Shown here piece by piece: positions 27,415-37,342 of a DNA stretch of 64,000 nucleotides. Both the position numbers and the translations under genes were made by a program. The stretch comes from Pseudomonadota bacterium. GTDB taxonomy: Bacteria; Bdellovibrionota_C; UBA2361; OMII01. The stretch's first letter is position 1. Each line of letters opens with the position of its first letter. The notes beneath the pieces are model-generated. The model saw only the letters and a list, made by a program, of their open reading frames with translations. It had not been told where the DNA came from and did not search any database. Where the stretch lies: positions 14,103-78,102 of the forward strand of contig JBEGVS010000005.1 of NCBI GenBank assembly GCA_041178185.1, given 5' to 3'.

Positions 27415-28271
27415 TATCGTCCCCTCTTCCCACGACCACGAGTGCTTCCACCACGTTGACCGCGGCCCCCACGTCCCCGGCTGCCGCGCTCGGGCCGACC
27501 TCCATCTCGCTCAAATCGACCTTTCACACGAGTTCCCGTCTCATCCACCGACATCGAACCGTAGAAGTGTGCGACCTCTGGCGAAAGGTGTCCCTTCTCG
27601 TCTGCGAGCGGGATCACACCGAATTTCGGATGCATGAATCCAAAGCGAAGCTCAACCGGTCGATCCTTCTTCATGACGATTCGGCACTCTTTGTTTCGAG
27701 TTTCTTCGATCCACGCAGCGATCTCCTCTGCGTTCGATATGGACGCCGACAACATTAAGAGCGTTGAAGAGTGCGGGGTCAGGATGATGCTCTCCTCCCA
27801 CACCGCGCCCCGTTGAGGATCCGCGATGTAGTGAACCTCGTCCAGAATCACGAGCGAATACCGACCGGCCCCCTTATAGAGCTCGTTGCGATATATTTCG
27901 GTTGTGGCGATAACCACATCGGAATCACCCTCGATCTTGCGATCGCCGGTCAAAAGCCCAACGGAGTGATCAGGAGCGAAGATTCGCTGAAATTCGGTGT
28001 ATTTCGTGTTGGACAGCGCCTTGAGTGGCGTGGTGTAGACGGCGTGCTGCCCCTTCTTTATCAGATGGCGCATCGCCTCGATTGCGATGAAGGTTTTACC
28101 GGAGCCGGTTGGTGCCACCACGAGAGTGTCAATTCCATTCGCAAGGTTTTCGATGGCCTGCTTTTGGAAGTCATCGACGATGAAATCTTCTTTTTTCGGG
28201 ACACCGATACCCGATAGAAAGCGCTGTCGCGACTCCTCAATTGCACTATCTTTTAACATTGATCTCTTCAT
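27414..28271 (-). CDS. Ski2-like superfamily-2 helicase, N-terminal part (RecA1: motifs I, Ia, II, III) ending in an Arg/Gly-rich tail, 285 aa
   Basis: Motif I VVAPTGSGKT, Ia TTPLKALSNTKYTEF, II ILDEVHYI, III LSAS. Followed by RPVELRFGFMHP... and then GRPERGSRGRGGRGQRGGSTRGRGKRGR before the stop. Confidence 0.7.
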   Translation of the reverse strand: MKRSMLKDSAIEESRQRFLSGIGVPKKEDFIVDDFQKQAIENLANGIDTLVVAPTGSGKTFIAIEAMRHLIKKGQHAVYTTPLKALSNTKYTEFQRIFAPDHSVGLLTGDRKIEGDSDVVIATTEIYRNELYKGAGRYSLVILDEVHYIADPQRGAVWEESIILTPHSSTLLMLSASISNAEEIAAWIEETRNKECRIVMKKDRPVELRFGFMHPKFGVIPLADEKGHLSPEVAHFYGSMSVDETGTRVKGRFERDGGRPERGSRGRGGRGQRGGSTRGRGKRGR

Positions 28272-28274
28272 GCA

Positions 28275-29027
28275 TTACTCCATCACGGTCGGCTCAGCTG
28301 CGGGCGCGGGAAGCTCATACCGACAGGAGACAAAACTACGAACAAATACCGGCGCAGACTGCGCAAGCTCCTCAACAGATCCATCGAACGCTATCGTACC
28401 ATCAAAAAGGGCGAGAACTCGTTCAACGCACGGAAGTAGCCGACGCAGGTCGTGGCTCACCATGACGGTTGTTGGACGATACTCCCGATGAAGTTCTACG
28501 ATGAGATCCATGATAACGCTGCTCGCAACCGGGTCCAAGCCGCTTGTTGGATCGTCGAGAAGTAGGATGCGGGGCCGGCCAACTAATGCACGCGCCAAGG
28601 AAACCCGCCGACGCATACCACCACTCAACTGCCCGGGCATCTTCGACGCGGCTTTCACTAAACCGACACGAGCGAGGATGCGGCCGACCTTCTCACACAC
28701 CTCCTCTCGTACGTCACGGGGCAACGCGGTGGTTGGAACCTTTCCCCCCACAAGAGGGAAGGCAACGTTGTCGTAGACCGTCATCGAATCGAAGAGTGCG
28801 CCCTCTTGAAACATCAGCCCAACATCCGCCAGCGAGGCACCCTTCTCGAAGAGAACGGAGCCGTACTCACACCTGCAGGTGTTCGCAATAATCTTAAGCA
28901 GAACACTCTTCCCGCCGCCACTCGGGCCGATAAGCCCATTTATCGATGCCGGCTTCAAGGCGAAGCTGACGCCCTGCAGAACCGGACGGTCACCAAAGCT
29001 TCGATAGAGATCATTTACGCGCAACAC
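28275..29027 (-). CDS. ABC transporter ATP-binding protein (stand-alone NBD; MlaF/ABC-ATPase-like)
   Basis: GTG at 29027. Walker A GPSGGGKS, ABC signature LSGGMRRRVSLARAL, Walker B ILLLDDPTSGLD, H-loop VMVSHD. No permease gene is adjacent. Confidence 0.7.
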   Translation of the reverse strand: MLRVNDLYRSFGDRPVLQGVSFALKPASINGLIGPSGGGKSVLLKIIANTCRCEYGSVLFEKGASLADVGLMFQEGALFDSMTVYDNVAFPLVGGKVPTTALPRDVREEVCEKVGRILARVGLVKAASKMPGQLSGGMRRRVSLARALVGRPRILLLDDPTSGLDPVASSVIMDLIVELHREYRPTTVMVSHDLRRLLPCVERVLALFDGTIAFDGSVEELAQSAPVFVRSFVSCRYELPAPAAEPTVME

Positions 29028-29051
29028 GAAATACTTTCTTTCCTCTCTACT

Positions 29052-30113
29052 CTACGCGGAGTACATATCACATGAGACGTCAGTAGGTTCCGTTTCTTCA
29101 CCATGAATAGCCGCCGGACGCCAACGTCCCTCGCGCACCGCCACGAGGAGCGATTCATGATCCTTGAGCGTATTCAATTGTAGGAGCTGCTTCCGCCAGG
29201 GAGCGCCTCTACACATCTGCGAGGCGAGCTGCTTAAACTTTCCTCCGCACGCACTCTCTTGAAAGTCCTCTCGTAAAAGCTCCATGTACCGGAAGAGCAC
29301 ATCGAGCATCAGGTCATGATTACCCTTCAGACGAGAGGGCTGATCGTTCAAAATCTCAGAGAACACGAAGGGATTCATCATACTCGCCCGACCGATGAAC
29401 AGTCCGGCCACCTTCCCCTTTAACCGAGCCTCAGCGGTCTTGCGACACACAACATCACCGCTACCGAGAACCGGTATGGATAGGCGCTCAGCCACCTCCT
29501 GAACGAGGTCCCAATCAGCCTCTCCACGATAGAGCTGAGAGCGGGTCCGGCCATGTATCGCGAGCGCCTCGACCCCCTCTCCTTCAGCCATTGTGGCGAC
29601 TTCAAGGGCGTTCCTCGAACCGTCATCCCAGCCGGCGCGTATCTTAATTGTAAGCGGGATGGAGACAGCGCGTTTAACCTCTCTGATAATCTTTTGCAGG
29701 TGGTCGGGTTGCCGCATCAGCTCACATCCACCACCACGCTTCACAACTTTCGGCGCCGGACATCCACAATTGATGTCAACGAGATCGGCTCCTACATCCT
29801 GCACCATGAGCGCAGCGTCACGCATCCGATCAACGTCATACCCAAAAATCTGCACGCAGTAGGGACGCTCCTGCTCCGAGAACCTCATCATCTCAAGGGT
29901 CCGCTGAGAACCTCGGGTCATACCCTCGACCGAAACGAACTCACTTACCACCAACCCTACCGCTCCGGGGTTGAGCTCCTTGATCAGACGACGGAAAGGG
30001 CGCGTCGTCACTCCGCTCATCGGCGAGAGAACGAGACCTGGATTCACTTGGATATGGCGGATCTGATACGACTTAATCACACAAACACCCACGAACTTTT
30101 CTTGATAAAACAT
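29052..30113 (-). CDS. tRNA-dihydrouridine synthase (Dus family, TIM-barrel flavoenzyme)
   Basis: ATG at 30113. LVLSPMSGVTTRPFRRL..., VQIFGYD..DINCGCP..KVVKRGGG (the catalytic Cys loop) and the IPLTIKIR lysine region. Overlaps the upstream kinase gene by ~40 nt. Confidence 0.75.
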   Translation of the reverse strand: MFYQEKFVGVCVIKSYQIRHIQVNPGLVLSPMSGVTTRPFRRLIKELNPGAVGLVVSEFVSVEGMTRGSQRTLEMMRFSEQERPYCVQIFGYDVDRMRDAALMVQDVGADLVDINCGCPAPKVVKRGGGCELMRQPDHLQKIIREVKRAVSIPLTIKIRAGWDDGSRNALEVATMAEGEGVEALAIHGRTRSQLYRGEADWDLVQEVAERLSIPVLGSGDVVCRKTAEARLKGKVAGLFIGRASMMNPFVFSEILNDQPSRLKGNHDLMLDVLFRYMELLREDFQESACGGKFKQLASQMCRGAPWRKQLLQLNTLKDHESLLVAVREGRWRPAAIHGEETEPTDVSCDMYSA

Positions 30114-31530
30114 CTATCAGGAACGGCTTCTGAATAAAGTCCCTCCCACCACCGCTCAGGATACGAGCGACTACATCTCCCGAACTGAAACCGCTTACGA
30201 GGAGCACCCGAACATCCGGGTTCATCTTCTGTAAGCGGATGAACACATCCTCCCCCGAAAGACCGGGCATGAGGATATCTAAGATCACGAGATCAAACGC
30301 CCCTCGCTCCTCAGCATAGATCTCAAGCCCTTCTAGACCGGAGGACGCCATGACGACTTCGTATCCCAGGTGCGAGAGACTTAACCCGAGGACGTTACGA
30401 ACAGCGTACTCATCGTCAACTATCAGGATGCGTTCGCCACGGCCACGAACCGGCCCGCTCTCCTCAGAATCTCCGTCGACATGGGGAGACTCATCCGTAA
30501 CCGAGGGAAGAACGATGCGGAACTCAGTGCCTTTATGTTTTTCAGAGCGCACGACTATCGCGCCTCCGAGCTGCTTCACGATGGAGTGAACGGTGCTAAG
30601 ACCGAGACCGGTTCCGCCCTCCTTCTTGGTGGTGAAGTAAGGCTCAAAAAGACGCTCTTTGACCTCATCGTCCATCCCCTCGCCCGTATCTTTCACAACG
30701 AGCGCGCAATAGGTCGCGGCGGGGGGCTCCGCACCAAAAAGTTCGTGAACCTCCTCGGCGCTACATAGTCGGTCTACCGTCACCTCGATGGTGCCTCGCC
30801 CTTTGATGGCATCACGGGCGTTTACGATAAGGTTAATGATGACCTGACTTAGATAGGCCTCGGAGGCCATAACGAAGAGCGGGTTGCTGAGTGGGTCCCA
30901 AGCCAACCGTATCTCGGAGGGGATAGCGCTCTTTATGAGCGTTGAAATGCGAGAGATGATGTCGACCACGTCGATCCTGGTCGATATCTCTCCACCATCG
31001 ATTCGAGAGAAGCGCAGTATCTGCTGGGTCAGGGACGCGGCACGCAGCGCTCCCTCTTCGATTGCGGCGAGGGATTCAACGTGGCTCCCATCGCCCGGTA
31101 AAACGCTGCGCGCGTACGCAAGATGGCCGAGAATTCCGGTCAAGAGATTGTTGAAATCGTGAGCGACCCCTCCGGCTAACAATCCGAGGGTCTCAAGCCT
31201 TTGTCCGTGAAATACCTCACTGGCCCGGTCTTCGGAAAATGTCGAGAGGATTCGCACCAGGAGAAACTCCCCATCGAAGGTCGCTATTCTGACGAGCAAA
31301 GGTCCCCGTCCAGCCAACTGAAACTCGGTGGAGAACTCCCGATTACTCCACGGAATACGCTCGACCTCGGGCCAAAAGATGTGCGCGGGAGCACCCACGA
31401 GCTCATGAAGCTCAATGCCGAGCAAGGTGGCGAAGCTTGTATTGGCGCCCACGCAGGTGAGCTCTCGAGAGAGAACGCAGTGCGGCTCCGGTAAATTCTC
31501 AAGAATGGAGTGGACGAATGAATCAGACAT
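30073..31530 (-). CDS. hybrid sensor histidine kinase / response regulator (PAS - HisKA - HATPase - REC), cytoplasmic
   Basis: ATG at 31530. H-box LAGGVAHDFNNLLTGILGH. N/G boxes (IVNARDAI, DTGEGM, GGTGLGLS). C-terminal receiver RILIVDDE...DLVILDILMPGLSG..KPF. Confidence 0.75.
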   Translation of the reverse strand: MSDSFVHSILENLPEPHCVLSRELTCVGANTSFATLLGIELHELVGAPAHIFWPEVERIPWSNREFSTEFQLAGRGPLLVRIATFDGEFLLVRILSTFSEDRASEVFHGQRLETLGLLAGGVAHDFNNLLTGILGHLAYARSVLPGDGSHVESLAAIEEGALRAASLTQQILRFSRIDGGEISTRIDVVDIISRISTLIKSAIPSEIRLAWDPLSNPLFVMASEAYLSQVIINLIVNARDAIKGRGTIEVTVDRLCSAEEVHELFGAEPPAATYCALVVKDTGEGMDDEVKERLFEPYFTTKKEGGTGLGLSTVHSIVKQLGGAIVVRSEKHKGTEFRIVLPSVTDESPHVDGDSEESGPVRGRGERILIVDDEYAVRNVLGLSLSHLGYEVVMASSGLEGLEIYAEERGAFDLVILDILMPGLSGEDVFIRLQKMNPDVRVLLVSGFSSGDVVARILSGGGRDFIQKPFLIDVLSRKVRGCLCD

Positions 31531-32078
31531 TTTCTGAAGGGACTACCGAGCGAGCTACACTACTGAAGGATATGCAGGGCCCCGCTTCGAAGACCCCCAA
31601 GACCGAGCAACCTACCGAGCTAATTGATATTTTGTAGATACGCCCAGCTGCCCCACTATACGTGGTTGGTCCCTCTTTTATCAACGTCCTCTCTTTTATC
31701 CACACCGCCACGAGAATAGGGACCTCCCGGCTTTATAAGGATATAGAAATACTGCCTATTTCAGCCAGCAAGGGAACTCCTCCTACCCCAACTACTCGCC
31801 GCCGATCTAACCGTACCGCCAGTGTCGCCCGGTCAGAGGCCCCATCCTACCCTCTCGATGGGTGCCGTCAGGAACTCACCGATCCACTCAAAACGAGCTA
31901 ATTTAGCTCCTATTTTAGGTGCACGAGCGTACCTGAAGAAATAGTTGGATCCCTTTCACGGCCGCACGAATCTCAATTCCTGAGGTGGCGATCACCTCAC
32001 TGTAGTTAGGCTTGTAACCTGAAATGAATGTGGTAGGTTTTATCAACCGTAAGTTTTTTTAACGGGGAGTCAGTAGTT

Positions 32079-32384
32079 ATGTCTGAGTCTGAGTCCGAGA
32101 TCCTCAAAGGGGTAGTAAAGTGGTTCAATGACGCCAAAGGTTTTGGCTTCATTCAACACACAAGTGGTCGTGATGTATTCGTGCACTACTCGGTAATTTC
32201 ATCCGATGGGTTCAAAACCCTGAAAGATGGGGAGACCGTAATGTACGAATTGAAGGAGGGTCCGAAAGGCCTCCAGGCTTCTAAGGTAGTTCGCACGAAG
32301 AGTGAAGAGGAAGCCGCTCAAGAAGCTGCCCAGAACGCAGACGCGGAGGCAACCGCCGCGATTGAGTCCGAATCCGCGGAGTAA
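32079..32384 (+). CDS. cold-shock protein (CspA family) with an acidic Glu/Ala-rich C-terminal extension
   Basis: ATG at 32079 with a ggggag [20 protein letters not shown] (RNP1), VFVHYSVI (RNP2), then ~35 aa [26 protein letters not shown]. About 550 bp of non-coding sequence lies upstream. Confidence 0.85.
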   Translation: MSESESEILKGVVKWFNDAKGFGFIQHTSGRDVFVHYSVISSDGFKTLKDGETVMYELKEGPKGLQASKVVRTKSEEEAAQEAAQNADAEATAAIESESAE

Positions 32385-32412
32385 TCAAAGATTGCTTCTG
32401 TAGGTTTGACCG

Positions 32413-32450
32413 GCCCCGGCCACGAGTGATCGTGGCCGGGGCTTCTGTTA
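32413..32450 (+). terminator. rho-independent terminator downstream of csp
   Basis: Perfect 13-bp GC-rich stem (ggccccggccacga / tcgtggccggggc, 32413-32425 and 32430-32442) with a gtga tetraloop, followed by ttctgtta. Confidence 0.6.
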
Positions 32451-32568
32451 TGACGCTCCGAAATCTGATCACTGGAATCTGAATCACTAGGCTTCGTTGA
32501 CCAAAATCTCTCAGACACAGTCGAGAGCCACACCTCTCTCACCCTGCCCGCCCAAGAAACTACCTGCC

Positions 32569-32967
32569 TCACGCACGACACCCCCGTATCGCTCTCCTCA
32601 AAGCGGTAAGATCACCCTGAGCAGCTTTGCACGCCGCGGCCTGGTGCGATCGTTCGCACGCCCGATCTGCGACACTCGCCAGAACCTCTACAGCGTCTGA
32701 AGGCGAAACCTGCTCAAAGCGTTGCGGCGACATCCGTTCGTGCATCACCATGCCATCAACACAGTAGAGTCGACCGTGGGGAAGCGTCACCGGCAGCGCC
32801 CGAATCTCTTTTCGCTGAACTGACCTGCGCAGATCCGAGACACCCATGCGCCCATTTTCAGTGGTCACGTGAAGCCGGGAAGATAGAAGCATCATAGAGC
32901 CTGCGGCGAAAGCAACCCCAACTGAGAGCTGAAGAAACTTCGTAAGGTACCAGACGTGACTGACCAT
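32569..32967 (-). CDS. hypothetical small membrane-anchored protein (132 aa)
   Basis: ATG at 32967 with a GGTGGT RBS-like element upstream. One N-terminal hydrophobic helix (LQLSVGVAFAAGSMMLLS). Co-directional with the IMPase gene. Coding status uncertain. Confidence 0.3.
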   Translation of the reverse strand: MVSHVWYLTKFLQLSVGVAFAAGSMMLLSSRLHVTTENGRMGVSDLRRSVQRKEIRALPVTLPHGRLYCVDGMVMHERMSPQRFEQVSPSDAVEVLASVADRACERSHQAAACKAAQGDLTALRRAIRGCRA

Positions 32968-33150
32968 ACCACCACACTACACAGCAACAGGCGACTATTC
33001 CCGTTTGGGCAATGACCGTACCAACCGCCGTAGCTCCCCCTAACCCCTTAGTTCGTCCCGCATCCCCCGGGCAGGAAGGGCACCGCACTTCCGAACTCGC
33101 TAGTATTTGCAGATCTCCTAAGAGAAACCCGTACCGCTTGTAGCGCCACC

Positions 33151-33987
33151 TTACCGGAGGGCCTCAAGCACCTTCTTATGAACAGCAGGATTCACGGAGA
33201 GCACAAGATTGGGCAGTACCCGCGAAGGCACCGATCGAAAACTGGGGATGGCATTCCCATAAAAATCCGTAAGCATCGCCCCACTCTCTGTTGCGATAAA
33301 GGCAATCGAGCCCCCATCGATCGCCTGACAGGTGCGGTAGACCACCGCTGATGCGGTTCCCTCGAGAATATCGGTGGAATGGTAGCGACCAGGCTCTGCG
33401 GTATATGCTGTTACGAGATCCTTCGCCAGCATCGTTTTCGAAATACGCTCTGTAAGCTCTGGAGAATTAAAAAGCAACACAGGCCCGTCCCCCTTCCTCA
33501 CATCCCAGCGAAGGCCGGGCCGCCCAGAGGCGACATCCTCCCGTGTGAGAAGATATGCCCCCGATCCCTTCGTTGCGACAAAGCACCTATTTCGGCGAGG
33601 CATGTAGCAGATCGAACCGACGATCTCACGGTCGTCATGCAACGTGACGATGATCTGATAATATTCCTTACCATCGATGTACGGACGGGTTCCATCGACC
33701 GGGTCGAGAAGAATTTCCAGCGCTGAATTCCCAAGGAAGTATTTCCTGTTCAGCGATTGCTCCTGCTCCTCGGAGAAGTAACAGAGGTTTGGGAAGCGAG
33801 CTAGGAGTGCAACCTCGAGGAAGGCCTGAATTGAGAGGTCTGCATCTGAGAGAGCATGGTGAAAGATAGTGTCCCCACCCTTCTGCTCCCGGCTAGCCAC
33901 GCGCGCTTGAATCTCGGCGCTGTAGGCGCCGGCCGTGACTACATACGGGAGAAGATAACGAAGCACTTCATTCATATCTGTTTGCAT
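33151..33987 (-). CDS. inositol monophosphatase-family phosphatase (IMPase/CysQ-like)
   Basis: The ORF runs to 34041; the ATG at 33987 gives MQTDMNEVLRYLL.... Metal-binding motif ILLDPVDGTRPY and the downstream WDVRKG...GPVLL region are typical of the IMPase/FBPase fold. Confidence 0.7.
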   Translation of the reverse strand: MQTDMNEVLRYLLPYVVTAGAYSAEIQARVASREQKGGDTIFHHALSDADLSIQAFLEVALLARFPNLCYFSEEQEQSLNRKYFLGNSALEILLDPVDGTRPYIDGKEYYQIIVTLHDDREIVGSICYMPRRNRCFVATKGSGAYLLTREDVASGRPGLRWDVRKGDGPVLLFNSPELTERISKTMLAKDLVTAYTAEPGRYHSTDILEGTASAVVYRTCQAIDGGSIAFIATESGAMLTDFYGNAIPSFRSVPSRVLPNLVLSVNPAVHKKVLEALR

Positions 33988-34507
33988 GGGGAAAAAGTAG
34001 CAAAGACGGAGAGCAACGACCACCTGTTTCAGGGAGTGCACGTGGCATCTTTGTCGATCCGTCCCTCGAAAATTACCAAGGCATGCCTATCTGTACGATA
34101 GAGCGGAGAGCTTTGGTGGGCACGTTCATCTGGATTTCAGCCCCCTTTGAGGAATCTCCACCCGTCATGATTCAACATATACACACAGCGGAGAGATGCC
34201 ATGTATTCAAACAGCGGTGGAAAGAGCAATCGAGGGCTGCGGCACCCCGTGACAAGCCTGTTCGACGAGGCCAATGGTTATTCGAGCAGTCCCTCGACGC
34301 GCCGCGATCAGCTTCCTGTTTATCGACAGGAATGGGGACTGGCCTAGCGCGCGGACCTCTCCGGACCAGGGCCACGCACTTGAACGAGACCTCTATCGGT
34401 CACCCCAGGCAATGCTTAATCGGCCCAAATTGCTTTTTTATCTATTAGAACATCGAAAGATCCCCTACTATCACTCAGAGAATTTAACATTTTCAGATGA
34501 TACGGTT

Positions 34508-36094
34508 ATGATCTTTCCTCGCCTTAGGTTTGACTTTCTCCGGCAAGACATTAGCGCAGGCTTTGTAGTTTTTCTGGTAGCCCTCCCCCTGTGTCTCGGC
34601 ATCGCGATTGCATCCGAAGCTCCCCCACTATCTGGACTTATCACGGGCATCGTCGCTGGAATCCTAGTGTCCTTTCTTGCGGGTAGCGAGCTCAGTGTGA
34701 GTGGTCCCGCCGCAGGCCTCACGGTCACGGTGATCAGCGCAACGCAGTCCATCGGGTCCTTTCAGGGACTCCTCGTGGCAACCATGCTCTCAGGCGTTTT
34801 CCAACTTCTTTTTGGCGCGCTTCGTGCTGGGCACCTCGCAACGTTTTTCCCCTCTGCCGTCATTAAAGGGATGCTTGCGGGAATAGGTATCATCATCGCC
34901 TTCAAACAACTCCCACACGCGATCGGCTGGAAAAGCCCGTTCAATCCAGAAGAGGGAATGTTCTGTTTCTTTTCGCCCTTCTGCCTTAAGAGCCTATGGG
35001 AGCAAGTAAGCACCACCGGTGGACACTTTAACCTCGTCGCTATCCTCATCTCAGGGACCTCACTGATAATTCTTCTTTGGTGGCCATTGATAACCTCTCG
35101 GCTGCCAAGGGCGTTATCGATTCTTCCGGGCCCACTAGCGGTCGTTTTCGTCGGACTGATAATCAACGATATCTTGACGGCGATAGCGCCGAGCATCGCT
35201 CTGACCTCCAACGAGGGACAGTTAGTGACCATTCCCACAATAACGAGCCTCAGCGATCTCTTCTCCCACGGGCCGACCGATGTATGGTCCTGGCTCGGGT
35301 CGCCGAGGGTCTGGAGCGCAGCCCTCATCATCGCAATGATCGGAAGCTTGGAGACACTTCTTAGCCTTGAAGCGGTCGACAAACTCGACCCCCTTCGACG
35401 GGTGTCACGACCGAACCGTGAGCTGGTCGCGCAAGGGATCGGCAACATCGCTGCTGGCGGGCTCGGTGGTATCCCGATGACATCGGTTATCGTGCGCAGT
35501 AGTACAAACGTGTATTCCGGTGGACGCACCCGGCTCTCGGGCATCGTTCACGGATTTCTCCTACTGTTGAGCGTTGTCGCTATCCCCGACCTGCTTAATC
35601 AGATTCCCCTCGCCACCCTTGCAGCGATCCTTATTTTGGTTGGATACAAGCTCGCCAACGCAACCCTCATCAAAGAGGTGTGGCGGAGCGGTCTTGATCA
35701 GTTCCTTCCATTCGCGATTACAGCTTTGGGGGTAGTGGTATTTGATCTCCTCACAGGAGTATTGATCGGAACCGTCTTCGGGTTAGGAGTGGTTCTCGTC
35801 ATGAACCATCACTCAGCCTTCTCGGTGGTGCACGATGGTGAATACTACTTTTTGCGGTTCGCCAAGGATGTCACGTTTCTTCAGAAGATAGCTCTTAAGC
35901 GAGAGCTCGCGAGGCTCCCGAACGACTCCCAAATTGTGATCGACTGTGGAGGGGCGATGTTTATTGATCATGACATCCTGGAGCTTCTCAAGGACTTTAA
36001 GGAGTCCGCAGTAGACCGCCGCATCTCGGTCGAGGTTACAAACCTCCCTTCATCGAAATTCAATTTACTCTCCGCTTTTTCAAAGAGGCCATAA
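34508..36094 (+). CDS. SulP-family anion (sulfate/bicarbonate) transporter with C-terminal STAS domain
   Basis: The ORF opens at 34274; the ATG at 34508 gives MIFPRLRFDFLRQDISAGFVVFLVALPLCLGIAIASEAPPLSGLITGIVAGIL, the SulP N-terminal signature. More than 10 TM helices, then the STAS region (YYFLRFAKDVTFLQKIALKREL...IVIDCGGAMFIDHDILELL). Confidence 0.75.
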   Translation: MIFPRLRFDFLRQDISAGFVVFLVALPLCLGIAIASEAPPLSGLITGIVAGILVSFLAGSELSVSGPAAGLTVTVISATQSIGSFQGLLVATMLSGVFQLLFGALRAGHLATFFPSAVIKGMLAGIGIIIAFKQLPHAIGWKSPFNPEEGMFCFFSPFCLKSLWEQVSTTGGHFNLVAILISGTSLIILLWWPLITSRLPRALSILPGPLAVVFVGLIINDILTAIAPSIALTSNEGQLVTIPTITSLSDLFSHGPTDVWSWLGSPRVWSAALIIAMIGSLETLLSLEAVDKLDPLRRVSRPNRELVAQGIGNIAAGGLGGIPMTSVIVRSSTNVYSGGRTRLSGIVHGFLLLLSVVAIPDLLNQIPLATLAAILILVGYKLANATLIKEVWRSGLDQFLPFAITALGVVVFDLLTGVLIGTVFGLGVVLVMNHHSAFSVVHDGEYYFLRFAKDVTFLQKIALKRELARLPNDSQIVIDCGGAMFIDHDILELLKDFKESAVDRRISVEVTNLPSSKFNLLSAFSKRP

Positions 36095-36095
36095 A

Positions 36096-36725
36096 ATGGA
36101 CAAATACAAAAGGCTCCTTCTCGCTAACAAGGCTTGGGTACAAGGAAAGCTCTCCCTCTCACCAAATTTCTTCGGGGACTTAGCGAAGGAGCAGAAGCCT
36201 GAATTTCTCTGGATCGGATGTTCGGATAGCCGAGTTCCGGCGGAAGAGATCACCGGAACCGCACCCGGAGAGATCTTCACGCACCGCAACATCGCCAATC
36301 TTGTTAACCACACCGACTTCAACCTGTTGAGCGTTCTCACCTTTGCCGTCGAATACCTCAAGGTGAAGCACGTTATCGTCTGCGGTCACTATGGCTGCGG
36401 TGGTGTCAAAGCCGCACTTTCATCCCACCGTTACGGCGTTCTCGATGAGTGGCTCCGTCAGATTAAGGACTCCTACCATGCGAATAAAGATATCGTGACG
36501 CATGCGGGAGATCTCGATCATCAGGCCGATAAGCTTGTAGAGATAAACATCCACGAGCAACTCAAGAACCTGATGAAGACCAACGTCATCCAGAAAGCGT
36601 GGCACGAGGAACGGCGTCCGGTCCTCCATGGTTGGGTCTATGGAATAAGTGATGGCCTTCTGAAGAGCTTGTACAAGATAGAGCCCGGAAGTCCTATCGA
36701 CGATATCTATCGCTTTGACTTCTAG
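36096..36725 (+). CDS. beta-class carbonic anhydrase
   Basis: Starts 2 nt after the SulP stop. Zinc ligand motifs are present ([10 protein letters not shown]; [12 protein letters not shown]). Confidence 0.8.
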   Translation: MDKYKRLLLANKAWVQGKLSLSPNFFGDLAKEQKPEFLWIGCSDSRVPAEEITGTAPGEIFTHRNIANLVNHTDFNLLSVLTFAVEYLKVKHVIVCGHYGCGGVKAALSSHRYGVLDEWLRQIKDSYHANKDIVTHAGDLDHQADKLVEINIHEQLKNLMKTNVIQKAWHEERRPVLHGWVYGISDGLLKSLYKIEPGSPIDDIYRFDF

Positions 36726-36800
36726 TTAAACACCAGCACTCGGTTTCCCCGCTGCGGTATCAGTCGTGCCAGGTACAGAGGGACATCCTTTCCCTCTCTC

Positions 36801-37112
36801 CTACCGCTTCTGTTGCAAGCAGTAGCCCCCTGAAGCGTAGTAGCCATTCGGGCACGTGCCGTTTTTAGGTACCGCCGGTCGAGCGTCCTTGCGAACCGCC
36901 ACGCAGTACTTCCCACTGGTAAAGTATCCGCTCGGACACTGACCCGCCCGCAGCATCGCCGGCTTCGCGTCGTCCTTGATCGGGATGCAGTACTTGCCAC
37001 TCGTGTAGAACCCCGGCGGACACGCTCCCTCTTTAGGAAGGGCACTCTGAGCACGCCCCTCTCCGACGGAGAGACCGAGGACCAGTACGAGCCATATCAA
37101 TGACCGAGCCAT
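36801..37112 (-). CDS. secreted miniprotein made of three tandem CPxG[FY][FY]xSGxYC repeats
   Basis: The ORF runs to 37139 (GTG); the ATG at 37112 gives the signal peptide MARSLIWLVLVLGLSVGEGRA. The mature part contains ACPPGFYTSGKYCIPIKDDAKPA / QCPSGYFTSGKYCVAVRKDARPA / TCPNGYYASGGYCLQQKR. Confidence 0.5.
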   Translation of the reverse strand: MARSLIWLVLVLGLSVGEGRAQSALPKEGACPPGFYTSGKYCIPIKDDAKPAMLRAGQCPSGYFTSGKYCVAVRKDARPAVPKNGTCPNGYYASGGYCLQQKR

Positions 37113-37342
37113 GTTACGTTCCTCCCGAGGTCGACCCACCTTGCATTCCTGTCGGTATTAGCTCTCTTTAGTGTGACTGTGCAAGCATAACCCACTGCGA
37201 ATCCTCCGCAGCGCTATTGCCACTCCGCTCGCTGACACTCAACGTGTAACCTCTTGTTCGAATCATAAAACAAGCTCCAAAGATTGGAAACTACGCTGAA
37301 AAACGACATACTAAGGCTTCTTTCATTTCAGAGAAGTAGATC

